A DNA stretch of 64,000 bases from Octopus bimaculoides (lineage: Eukaryota), in the NCBI RefSeq assembly GCF_001194135.2, contig NC_068987.1:36013400-36077399 (forward strand). Reading direction: 5' to 3'. The position numbers and the translations under genes are program-made. This document shows, piece by piece, positions 49,632 through 61,886 of the stretch. The first letter of the stretch is position 1. Every line of letters starts with the position of its first letter. A model generated the notes under the pieces. That model did no database searches, had not been told where the DNA came from, and worked only from the letters and a program-made list of their open reading frames with translations.

Positions 49632-51759
49632 CAGCCACCGGAGATTCTATTTGAAAAACAATCGGTATGTTTCTCTATGAAAAACATACCGATACCATCA
49701 AGGGAAATATACTCTAAGGAACTTTTAGGGAAAATTACAGATCTCATTAAGCGTATGAGGTGGAAAGCCTTCTTCATATGTCTTTCAATTCTTTCCAACA
49801 AAAAATACAAAAAAACATTAGACACATAAAAAATTCCAAAAAAAAAGGCACTTTTTTCCGACAAGACCAAGAACTTATACCTAGTAGAGAATAATGAATA
49901 TTCACGGCTCCTACATAATAGCATCATCAAAAATTACACCAAAGCTAGACCACAAACCTATAATGATATCAATAAGGAAGCTAGTAATATCTCCGCCAGA
50001 CTCAAATTAGACAAAAAAATAGAGGTCCTCCCCCAAAAAGAGGCTTTTATAACTATTAAAGACCATAAAAAGAACTTTATGTCCAATCCTAAGTGTAGGC
50101 TTATTAACCCAGCTAAATCAGAGCTTGGCATTATTAGTAAAGAAATTTTAGGGAAAACCAATGCGGAAGTCAGAAATGCCACTAGGTTAGTACAGTGTAT
50201 AGTATAGAAGTTGTCGACTGGTTTGAAGAGATTAAAAATAAGAAAAAATGCGACATTCACGCAGTTCGATATTTTTTGATTTTTATGCCTCTATCTCCAA
50301 AGAACTGCTAGATAAAGCCCTCACTTTCGCAAGCGGATTTATAGAAATCAGTACACAAGATAAAGATATAATCTTCCATGCTAGAAATACCTTACTCTTC
50401 AGTGAGAACGCAGAGTGGGTCAAGACTGCCGATATAAAGGATGCTTTCGATGTAAGCCTGGGGTCATATGATGGAGCAGGCATATGCGATCTTATTGGAC
50501 TATTCTTACTAGATGCGTTGTGCAAGACCTTTCCTGACGTACACTTCGCAATTTATAAAGATGATGGCCTAGCTTTAAACACTAATACAAATGGACCAAC
50601 ACAGGATAGATTCAGAAAGAATATTATCCAATTGATGAGAACCTTCGGCCTTAGTATAATCACAGACACCAACCTGACGGTCGTCAGCTACCTAGATGTG
50701 TCCCTGAGATCTAAATAAGAATATTTATAAACCTTATAGGAAGCCCAACGATAGACTAAGTTACATCAATGTGAGTTCCTGCCATCCCCCCATACTGTTT
50801 AGAAATTTAGTTAAGAACATTAGTAAAAGAATATCTAGCCTCTCCTCCGATATAAACATTTTCAATAGCGTTACCCCAGTATATAATAAGGCTCTAAAAG
50901 ACAGTGGTTTTAACGAGGGAATAACCTATACACCTATCAACAGTCCAGTAGCAAAAAGGAGAAAGCACAGAAATAGGAAAATTATCTGGTTCACACCTCC
51001 CTACTCACCTGAAGTGACCTTTAACATAGGCAGATATTTCTTGGCATTGATAGACAGACACTTTCTAGTTAACAGGAAGATCTTCAACAGGCATAACTTA
51101 AAAATCAGTTTCAGCTCAACTGCTAATTTTAAGAACATAATCGCACACAACACACAAAAGGCGAAAAATGAAGCCAGCTGTTCATGCAGAGATAAGAACT
51201 TGTGCCCGCTAAATGGAGCTTGCATGTCTGAAACCATCATTTATGAAGCCACCGTTGATTCTGTATCCACTAAGAACGCAGTGTCCACGCAGAAATACGT
51301 GGGCCTCACAGAGGCTAATTTCAACGCCAGATACAATAATCACACCTTGAGTTTTAGGCACTGGGATAAAAGAAAACGACACAATTATCCAGTCATATAT
51401 GGTCTTTAAGAGATAAGGGTGACGGTTACAACATCCATTGAAAGATCTTAGCTAAGTGTAAACTCTACACCAGCGGCAGCGGAAGGTGCGGTCTGTGTGA
51501 TGTGGAAAGATGGCTTATCTTATATAGTTTTTCTGTTTTTTTTTCTCCCCTCCAAACCTTTTTTCCGTGCGCTTATAGACACGCACAAGGAACAATATAT
51601 ATGCGAGGATACGTACGCACGTTAACATAATCGTACGCACATTGAGGTATGTGCGTGCGTGTATGATATACGCACATTTTAGACAAGTTTTGACACCACA
51701 CAGTAATTTCCCTTTGTTTATGTTTACGGTTGTTTTTCAAATAGAATCTCCGGTGGCTG

Positions 51760-51821
51760 GATAACTGAAGAGATGGTTGGAGCGGAACACCGCCCGGGCA
51801 TCGGAAACTCGGAGTTTTATC
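51760..51821 (+). ncRNA. Hammerhead ribozyme in the 3' pseudo-LTR (variant core with an extra G)
   Basis: GAUAA-CUGAAGA-GAUG..GCGG(AACA)CCGC..CAUC-G-GAAA-CUC-G-GAGU-U-UUAUC. Confidence 0.72.
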
Positions 51822-51855
51822 ATGGTTACTGAATAAGTGTCACATATTTTTACAG

Positions 51856-51898
<43 letters not shown>

Positions 51899-52049
51899 NN
51901 NNNNNNNNNNNNNNNNNNNNNNNNNNNNNNNNNNNNNNNNNNNNNNNNNNNNNNNNNNNNNNNNNNNNNNNNNNNNNNNNNNNNNNNNNNNNNNNNTATG
52001 TATGTGCGTATATAAGTTATTCCAAAAATATTTGTGATATAACTGAGTA

Positions 52050-53270
52050 AAAATATTATATCCACTACAGTTAGCTTCGGTGAAAATTCTTGGTCTCGGT
52101 GACAATTGTTAAAACATCGACAGTCTTCCCAGGTTCATCTGCTGGTAGACAGATAAATTCATTTGCTACCATCTGACTAACTTCCCTACCGAGGTTTATA
52201 CAAGAAAGTGAACACAGAAATGACTGTAGATATAGCTTGCTAGACAGAAAAACTACTGTTAACACTCTATACTGAATGAGTGCGGTCAGCCGCCAGGCTC
52301 AAAAAATATATTTTGCATGTTCAGCAGGTTTCTCAAAGAAATAAACTTTTAAATCAATTCAAATGCATTTATGACATATTTGATCTATAAAAGATCGTTT
52401 AGAATTTATCAACACCCGTGACTGATGATAGCCAAATAGCTACAAATGCAGTTATCGAAATCCCAGGAGGAACTGTGTGGTGTCTAATGGTATTTTGACA
52501 CCTATTGCATAAAGTGAAAATGTCCTTCATGACTAGCCGTAATGAAAACGATCTTACAAGTCAAATATGCCTCCTAGATACTTTACTTGATTTTAAACTT
52601 CGTTTATTTCAGGACAAGTAGTTCAAGATAATATGCAGCCATCTCTAGATTTGAAGTATTAGGTGGAATTTGTTATTGTGTCAGAGATCAAGGCTAGATC
52701 ATCAACATATTCTACATTACTTATGTTTGAGGATCGATATCCACTTAATCTTCCTTTCACGAATCTGAAGAATAGGCTGCTTAGATTGTCAAGTGATGTT
52801 TAGTTAACATAATCCAGAGAGATCACAAATATTAAAGGTGCCGGTGCGTTGTCCTTGAGTATTCTGGATTTGACGTCAAAAAACTTGTTACCCCGTTTGG
52901 AGAATTCATCATTGATTGGGTGATGTTAGAGAGCATCATAACTGATACTGTTGTTTCCTCAGGAATACCATTAGCCTATAGTATTTTTTTCCAATTTAAA
53001 AACGGCGGACGAAATGAATAGCCTTTAAAAAATCAGCGAACAGTAATACTGCTTCGAGGTTTGTGGCTGCTACTCCTTCCAGTAAATGACAAGCTGAAAG
53101 TATTTGTCCGAGTGGTGATGTATTATTCCTGATTTCTTTTCAAAACTTTCTCAATTTTTGATTGTGTCACTTTGAATAAGGGTGAATTTTCAATTTTTGC
53201 AGCGATGGCTGTAACAATAATGCCTCTGTATGCTTCGAAGCTAAACAAGGGTTGGCAAGTGATCTACTTC
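52050..53270 (-). mobile_element. Decayed RTE-clade LINE (RT region to 3' end)
   Basis: GQILSACHLLEGVAATNLEAVLLFADFLKAIH...ANGIPEE...SPNGVT...NVEYVDDLALISD. Confidence 0.85.
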
Positions 53271-54170
53271 AATGTAGGCCAGCGCATGGCTGTACGGGAG
53301 CAGGTCATCAGTAGACAACGCATGTAGATCAATTCAGCAGAGACACTAAACGTCTCCCCGAAGAGCTCCCACAACTAATGTAAGTCCGAGAAGGGTTAGA
53401 AATGTCTTAGCAATCTCGACCAGATGACGTGATGATGACTTCAGAATACTGCTCAATGTGTATAATATATAATTAAGTCGGCTTATCACAAGTAGTTGGT
53501 AAATATCTTTTATTGATAGTCTTTAAAGGAAACTGTAGCTTTCAATGTCATATCAGTTTTATCTCACTTGAGTGGTACCTAGGACTGATTATAGATATCG
53601 ATCAAGAAATATATTCTTCAATCTACCAGAATGCATCTCCAAATATCTGATAGTGTTCCGACATCTATTGACTGGGCGTGAAATTTCCCATAGCAACCCG
53701 AAGCCAAAATAGCCTTTTTACAGGACAAATATGATAGAAACATATTTGAACTCGTTTTAAAAAATTATATATTTTGAACTCTGCTTAGCATGGAGAATAT
53801 ATAGTATATGTAATACAATATGATATGATATAATATACTATAATAGCCACATTATTTTGGAAAATAGCCTTTACTTTAAAGAACTGTTGCTGAATGTCTC
53901 TCTTTGAGAGATTTAGCAGTGATATATACATATATAAATATATATATATATTTTCACCCTCACACGCATATGTATGTAAATATATTCCATCTTCCGTCTT
54001 TCACCTGCCATATATATTATNNNNNNNNNNNNNNNNNNNNNNNNNNNNNNNNNNNNNNNNNNNNNNNNNNNNNNNNNNNNNNNNNNNNNNNNNNNNNNNN
54101 NNNNNNNNNNNNNNNNNNNNNNNNNNNNNNNNNNNNNNNNNNNNNNNNNNNNNNNNNNNNNNNNNNNNNN

Positions 54171-54203
<33 letters not shown>

Positions 54204-55171
54204 AATATAAAGAAGTGTAGCATTCTATTTATTCATTGATTGATTTTCTTAGAAAACATTAAAACTCGGAATTCTTGAAGCCATATTTGAACACATGTTG
54301 AAATTGTTATCCCTGTTCTTTATAGGTTTCTCTGATTACACTTAAGATTACATAAATTTGCTGTTATTTCTCTTTTAAGAAGACGTCCGACTCATGCTGG
54401 TTTGGATAAACTGAATTTCTAAAATATGTATCACTTCATCATGCTGTTGCTTGACTAAATCTACATTTAAACGAGCAGGCATGGAGTGTAATATATCCCA
54501 ATCGCAATTAAGCTCTATTATATTAAAATTTGTAGTTACTTAGTAGCTACAGTATTCAACGTGTCCTTTTTAAAATATAGACAATCTACCTTTTTTGTTG
54601 ATGAAACATTTGTGTGTGCGTGTGTATGTGTGTACGTGCGTGTGTGTGTGCGTGCGCGCGTGCGTGTGTGTATGCTGAAAGTGGAATTACAATTTGACCT
54701 GTGAATATGCACAGTGTTTCACACCTGCCAATTTTACGGCTTCTTGACATCTACACTAAATCGAATATAGAACGCTTTACCTCCAGATATACAATGTGTT
54801 AAAATTAATAGGAATTTTATTTTCCTTCACACTGCCCACCTGTATCCTGTATTATTTTAATGAAACATACATGCAGTGTATGCAACCAGCTTATAATGCG
54901 ATTTCCTTGTTCGCCATGTGGAGTCATTTTACTGTTTTCGTACGTAAACTCATATTCCTGTGATGTAAAACAACTGGAAATGAAAAAACTCTATCACCTG
55001 CAAGGAATCAATGCCTGATACAATTTTATACCTAAGTGGAAGAAAGATTTCTAACGAGTAAATTTTGTTTCACATATATTTCGAGTTTTTTGAGAGGTGC
55101 AAGTATTTACACTGTGACTCGAGAGTTAGACACCTGATCATGAAAATCAACTTGAATATATTGACGTCAAA

Positions 55172-55356
55172 TTTTGAAACAAGGGCAGAAATTTCAAGGG
55201 AGGGTGTAAGTCGATTACATCGACCCCAGGACTCGACTGGTACTTACTTCAACAACGCCGATAGGATGAAAAGCAAAGTTGATCAGAACATGAATACGGA
55301 AGAAATGCCGTTAAGCGTTTCGCCTGGCGTGCTAAAGACTCTGCAAGATCGCCACC
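55172..55356 (-). mobile_element. SINE family A
   Basis: gtcgattacatcgaccccag...gatgaaaagcaaagt...gcgtgctaa...tcgccacc. Confidence 0.8.
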
Positions 55357-56935
55357 ATTTAATAAGGCCTTCTACTATATAGCTTGGTCATATGTTATCA
55401 AAATATGTTTTTCATATTGTTTGACAAATGATGTACAGCGAGGTTTTCCAAGAGTTGTTCATGATTTTCTTTCAAACTACTTTAAAATATCTGCAAAGGA
55501 GACAAAAATAAAATTATATTTTGTTGTTAATACGAGTGGAACATTAACATATTCTGGTAATATTGTGTACAGTTGTAATGCATTTTCTAGGGCATTTACG
55601 TATCTTTCGCATCGCTTTTTCTAGAAGAAATACAATTTCACCGGAATATACAAGTAGAAATTTGAAAATGGTTCGGCATATCTTCGTAGTCATCACATGT
55701 CAGGAATTTTTATCATAACAATTGCACTGAATGGTTTGTAAAATTGATCTCTGAACAAACCTGATAGTAATGAAATATAAGGAAAGAAAAAAGGAAATAA
55801 TATATTTCATTATGTTCTATATTTTTGCCACACCACAACAACTCACTTCAATAAAAGTAAGAAGACCCAAAATATATTCTAAATCTTCCTAACCCAATGT
55901 TACAGCGTTGAAGAGAAACGCCAGTGTGACATTATTAAGGAACATTATTAATTGACTGCTACTTCATATTTGACATCACTAACCAAGACAAATTGGAGCA
56001 TATAACGTAATGAGATGGAACAAGATATTTTGTTTTGTGTTCTACCGATTCTACCAAGTTGAGATGATAGCGGTGGAGATACTTTCAAGTTGAGATGATA
56101 GCAGTGGACAGAAACAATCAAAACATTAGCGTTTGTTCTAAAGGATTTTGTTACTTTCATGGAAATTGCATACAAAATCAAAACACGACGTGATGTGGAG
56201 AGTAACATGTAATTGAAACCAATGTGATGCACCTTTCTGTCTTTTCTCTTTTTTTTATATTACCAGTGCCATCTTAAACTATACTGGAAATTAATTAAAA
56301 TGTATTATTTATGTATGTTATAGATGGGTCGGTTAGTAACATTCAAATTAGGAGAAACGCGTGAAATAAATTAACTTCAAAATTTATGCGATACCGATAG
56401 AATGAATGATGTCAATTTAAACGATGGAAGAAAAAAGAAAAGTGGAGTAAGCAAATCAAAAATTAAAGTAAGGTGTTTCGGAGAAGGAAAAGTTTCACTT
56501 AATATGAAAGTATTAGATTCGTAGGTAAAGTAGGGAGACAGGGACTTTAAGAGGAATTAGTAGGTATGAGACAGCAATGGAAACTTGTATAATTCAATAG
56601 GGAGAAAATGAAGTGTGCATGTGCATGTGTGTGTAAAGAGGGAGCGGGTGACAGTACAGTTAAAATATTATTAACATGATACTGATATAGAATCAAATTT
56701 ATATGACTCATGAGTGAAATTTCTGTAGAAAACAGACTAACATTATAAATCGCGAACTGCCGAGACAACTGATTGCAATGAGAGAATAATAGGAAGGTGC
56801 GAATCGCTTTCGCATACTGTAATAATGTTAAGTGTGAAAATAGACGCTATGGCTATAAAATCTTGCAGGGGTACAGAATAAATACAATAGAAAAAGAAGT
56901 TCGTTACTCAACGTTAAAGTATTAATTTCAATTTT

Positions 56936-57136
56936 TTGGAACAAGGTCACAAATTTCGAGGGAGTGGGTAAGTCGAATGGCTCAAACTCAGGATTCAACT
57001 GGTACTTATTTTATCGACCCTCAAAGGAGGAAAGGCAAAGTTATCTTCGGTGGAATATGGAGTCAGAACGTGCAGACGATCAAAATGCAGTTAAGCATTT
57101 CACTCGGCATGCTAACAATTTTGCCTGCTCGCCACC
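56936..57136 (-). mobile_element. SINE family A, diverged
   Basis: ctggtacttattttatcgaccc...ggaaaggcaaagt...gcatgctaacaatttt...gctcgccacc. Confidence 0.8.
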
Positions 57137-57217
57137 TTACTCATATTTAAATCATTACTAGATTCCTGAGTAACAAACACTCTGCTAGAGGAAATGGCAA
57201 CGGAAATACTGAATATT

Positions 57218-57647
57218 CTTGTCTATTCTTGGCACAAGGCCCGAAATTTTGGGTGAGGGTCCAGTAGATTAGATCGACTCCAGTACGCAACTGGTACTTA
57301 ATCTATCGACACCGATAGGAAGAAAGGTAAAGTCGACCTCGGCGGAATTAGAACTTAGAACGTAAAGATAGACGGAATACCGCTAAGCATTTCGCCCGAC
57401 GTGCTAACGTTTCTTATTTATTTATTGCCCACAAGGGGTTAACACAGAGGGGACAAACAAGGACAGACGAAGGGATTAAGTCGATTACATCGAACCCAGT
57501 GCGTAACTGGTACTTAATTTATCGACCCCGAAAGGATGAAAGGCAAAGTCGACCTCGGCGGAGTTTGAACTCAGAACGTAACGGCAGACGAAATACCGCT
57601 AAGCATTTCGTCCAGCGTGCTAACGTTTCTGCCAGCTCGCCGCCTTA
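57218..57647 (-). mobile_element. Dimeric SINE family A insertion with a 15-bp TSD
   Basis: Two head-to-tail monomers flanked by gaaatactgaatatt at 57203-57217 and 57648-57662. Confidence 0.92.
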
Positions 57648-58288
57648 GAAATACTGAATATTGAGTAATGATAGTATAAACAAAAATACTCAAAATTCTA
57701 GTGAGTTAATTGAAAAACAATTCGTGTTGCTGGAGATATATTGAATAATGTAGGGCCTGTGTCATGATATAAGATTAGACCATATTCTGTTTTCTAAACA
57801 GAAGACTATGATGTGATATCTATCCTCCACCTTAATGAACATTAATTTATTTTTTCGCAAATCTGTCAGTGATTAGGGTCTGCCATATTATTACTTGTTT
57901 TTAACCTATTATTTCATTTTTTAAAAGTGGTTTCACCAATACAACCCAACGAACAAACTTTCAGTTAATTTTATTTTGTTAGACATGTTTGTGTCTAACA
58001 TCACACGTCAGGGAAAATGCTTACTCTCGGAACTCATCAATCTTACGGTAATAAGTTCAGGTTTACTCACATCAACACAGCATCGTGTCTCAGAGAAATA
58101 ACTAAACTAACATGATGTCGTATAAGTTTCTTACTGATGCACACATCCAGCACTCATATGTTCATTTTCTTTTTTCCCGCACATGGATAATATAAATGTT
58201 TTCTTTTCTTTTCCTTCCTATAATTTTCCCCTGCGGATAGCTTTTAACAAACATTTATTTACGCTTTCATCATTGAGACATTCTGCTG

Positions 58289-58320
<32 letters not shown>

Positions 58321-58845
58321 CACACACATGTTTGTATGTCTGTATGTATATGTATATATATATATATATATATACAGAGAGAGAGAGAGAGAGACAGAGA
58401 GAGAGAGATAAACATATATATGTGCTTGTGTAGCTGTATCTATGCTATTTATATCGGTTGGTTTATTCTATGAAAAGTTAAAATGTCTTTATTCTTATGT
58501 GCATGCGTATACGAAAAGTGGACCGCATACAGTTATTGTATGTGTTCGGATGCACGTATATTGACTCAAACATATATATGTAATAGAAAGAAATGTGAGC
58601 GTCTGAAAATATAGATTTCAAATGTGTATCTATAGTGAAAGGAGAAGAATTTATTTTATGTCTTGGAAAAAGGCGTTGTATACAGTTGGGCAGGGCAGAA
58701 CAATCCCTTCGTATGAGGCAAGAAACTAGGTACAACAAATACATAAATTATATCTTCAAAAAGGGCTGAGTATCATAAGATAACATATAATGTTGACAAT
58801 TTGTTTGCTTAATACCTTTAACTAAAAGTACATGTAAAGCTCCTT

Positions 58846-60035
58846 GGACGAAAGTGGGCTGAAATGTTCATAGGCTGTCTATGAAGGAGTGATGTTAGAT
58901 CTGTGAAATATGCATGCATTAATTTCAGCCATTCTTATTTTAACCGAATTGCTTTTGTTGCTTTCTTTTTCGGGTTGACTGACATATGACATTTTAAAGG
59001 AGACTTCAAAAAGAACCATTAGCGACGTCTTTTGAAAATCGTGAAAATTTGGCATGTTGGTGTTATTAAGTACCTGCAGATAGAGGGTTTTATCCCCACT
59101 GACATTCATACCGACAAGGTTGCTATTATAACTGATGATACTCCAGTTTATCAACAGTGAAAAGTGGATAACTGAATTTAGGAGGGGGATGATATTTCAT
59201 GAAGATGATCTAAAGCTTAGACTCTCTTCAAGCGCCACCGCCAAGGTAAACACTGATTGTGTTCAGTATACGCTGATGGATAGCGTACGTTTGACAGCCA
59301 AATTTATTAGCATATCTCGTGAAAGAGTTGAGCATTTTCTGCACATTGAACTTGACATGACAAAGGAGGGTGCAACATCTCCTGATGCCTTATCGAAATC
59401 GCCCCAGTTCGATCCTATCATGGGAAAATCTGACAATGAGGTATATTCATACTTTTCTTGAAGGTTTCCTGTGTATAAGTATCAACACTTTCAGCCACAG
59501 ACAAAGTTACAAACCATGCAATGGAAACACACCTCTTCACATGCTCCAAGCAAGGTTAAATTCGTTTCAACTGTAGGGAAGGTAATAGCCTCAGTTTTGG
59601 ACAATGAAAATGACAGTGTTAGTTGTCTATCTTCAAAAGTGTCTCACCATCAATAAAGAGTACTATGCTAACTGAGGCAGTTACGAAAGGTTATCAGCAC
59701 CTAAAGTCCAGGAAAACCGACAAAAGGTGTCGTAGTTTATGTTCCAACAAACAATTCTTTACTTTCAATAGTCGCAGTACTGACAGCGGCATTGAACTGT
59801 TTGATCAGCACACCTGTACTGCTCATTGGCGTCATCTGCCTTACACCTGTTCCCCAAAACGAAAAAACACTTGATTGGTATGATGACACCATATCTGATG
59901 TTAATGATTTCTGTTACTAACATGATGAAAGCTTTTGCATCAATGTGAACCAAGTACTGCAACACCGATGAAAGAAAGGGGAACTATATTCACAATAGAA
60001 ACCTTATTTGGGTTATGAACTTTGGGCTTAAGAAC
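58846..60035 (+). mobile_element. Decayed near-full-length mariner element
   Basis: KIWHVGVIKYLQIEGLSPTDIH...ISRERVEHFLHIELDMTK...HFQPQTKLQTMQWKHTSSHAPSKVKFVSTVGKVIASV...TINKEYYAN; partial inverted ends (gttcata/tatgaac). Confidence 0.85.
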
Positions 60036-61397
60036 GTTTCGGCCCCTAAGCTATTCTTTGGGGGGAGTGAGTTAGCGATGCTGCTCAAAATAACAATAAA
60101 ACAGTTATCCACGTGGTCACCTAAAGAAGCTCTTAACCGCACCCACGTGACAGACACTCACAGGCATAGATATACTTGTATTTGTGCCGACACACAACTG
60201 TATATGTTTCAAATTTAATGTGGGTTACCATTAACAAATTGTGTCGCTCTCTGAAATGTCCGACAGTATAGCGATGAATTCGTCCAAATATATAAAAATG
60301 TATCCTTCTGTCTCATTCTGAGATAAATGACTAAACGCATCAAATGTCGGAATATGTGGTTCAATAGCTACAAATCTGTGTACAGTAATTACGGGGTGAG
60401 CAGTAGAAAACGGTTTGAGATGTAATTTCAAATCATTCTGATGTACGAGCATTTACACAGTTCACAGAACATAGAGAAGACCAGAAGTGACAACACAGTC
60501 TGAAATTAGGACAGCTACCAGATATCGATGAATCACCACATCCTATAGTAATGTGTTATCAAATTAGTCTCTGTTGTATCAAGCTTCCTCTTTGTTACGG
60601 CAGACCTATAAATGGAAACAAATCAAACACAATACGTCTTGACTGGTGTATCGAATCAAAGAATGACAAGATATCTGTAAAACTAAATGTAGAAATTATA
60701 CAAGAATCAAAATTTAGGAACAGAAGTAACCCGAACGTAGAAACTGTAACACATATAATGAGAGATATCTACGGGAATAATAACAAAATTGCAGTGAAAT
60801 TCACAATGCAATGATTTAGACAGGCACACAGTATTAAGCAATAAAAAGATTTCTCAAAATAGCAGCAATATTAAGAATAATTAAAAATAAAAATGAAAGA
60901 AATCAGGTGTTGTTGTGTAAACAAAACAAGTATAAGATGAAAAATGTGGTTTCTCTGGCAATAAGTAGAATAGACATACTTGTCATTGTGAAGCCGTATA
61001 ATAACAGATAAACGTATATATTTTTTTTAATATAGGATGTATTGATGAGTAAGCGAAAATGTAAATCTTAATGCGGAAACGTAGAAGGTAGATAAACTGG
61101 AGGTTTGCATTGTATTGAATTTGTTTCACAGTTGATGAAAATAGTGCAAAAGTAAACCAAAATACGTCAATAGAAATAAATACGACAATATCCGGTGGGT
61201 TTTCAATGCAAATTGGCAACATAATTGCAGTACACTGACCAGATATTATAATAAATGTAAAGGAAAGTGAAATGCACATTCCTGTACATAATTGGGAAAA
61301 TTGAGAAGGAAAACAGTGTAACACCGAAATAGCAAAATCGAGGAAAAGAAAATGGGTGTGTATGTGTGTGGGGGGCGGCGTACGCGTACATGTATGC

Positions 61398-61428
<31 letters not shown>

Positions 61429-61790
61429 AGTAATTGTACGTGTGTAGATACATATCTGGATTTGTCGAAGAAGGGACAAAGTTACATTATTTTGCAAGTG
61501 AATGTCGTTAACTTGATGGTAATGGGAGTGCAGAATACAGCATTGCATCTAGTATTTAGATGAGAGAAGACGTTGAAATTGCATGCTGGATAGTGGATTT
61601 GCGGTATACTGTCAATTTCAATTCTACAAAATACCGTTTACAAATTCCTTGGTGTTAAAGAATCTATTCACTAAATTTCAAGACATTAACCTTTCGCGCA
61701 TCAATGTGGGAGTGGTATATCTTAGCAACAATGCAAAATAAAGGAATAAATAAGAAAATTGGTTGACGAAGCAGAAAAGAAGTAGAAAAT

Positions 61791-61886
61791 GAAGAAGAAG
61801 AAGAAGAAGAAGAAGAAGAAGAAGAAGAAGAAGAAGAAGAAGAAGAAGAAGAAGAAGAAGAAGAAGAAGAAGAAGAAGAAGAAGAA
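61791..61886. repeat. (GAA)n microsatellite
   Basis: Pure run, about 32 units. Confidence 0.98.

Larger units (their letters stand above)
49312..51861 (+). mobile_element. Penelope-like element with an inverted 5' segment and 132-bp inverted pseudo-LTRs
   Basis: Broken ORF: SMKNIPIPS...IKRMRWKAFF; KPRPLINP-like CRLINPAKSELG; DVSLGSYDGAGICDLIGLFLL...YKDDG; CPLNGACMSETIIYEATV...KYVGLTE (GIY-YIG). Segments 49530-49661 and 51730-51861 are inverted repeats with 4 mismatches. Confidence 0.93.

Noticed and set aside
53270-53320. Minus-strand CUGAUGA-CCUG...CAGC motif
   Set aside because: Lacks the GAAA core and stem III.
60231-60814. Protein-like ORFs of 73 and 87 aa
   Set aside because: No recognisable domain; ORFs of this length are expected several times by chance in 64 kb.
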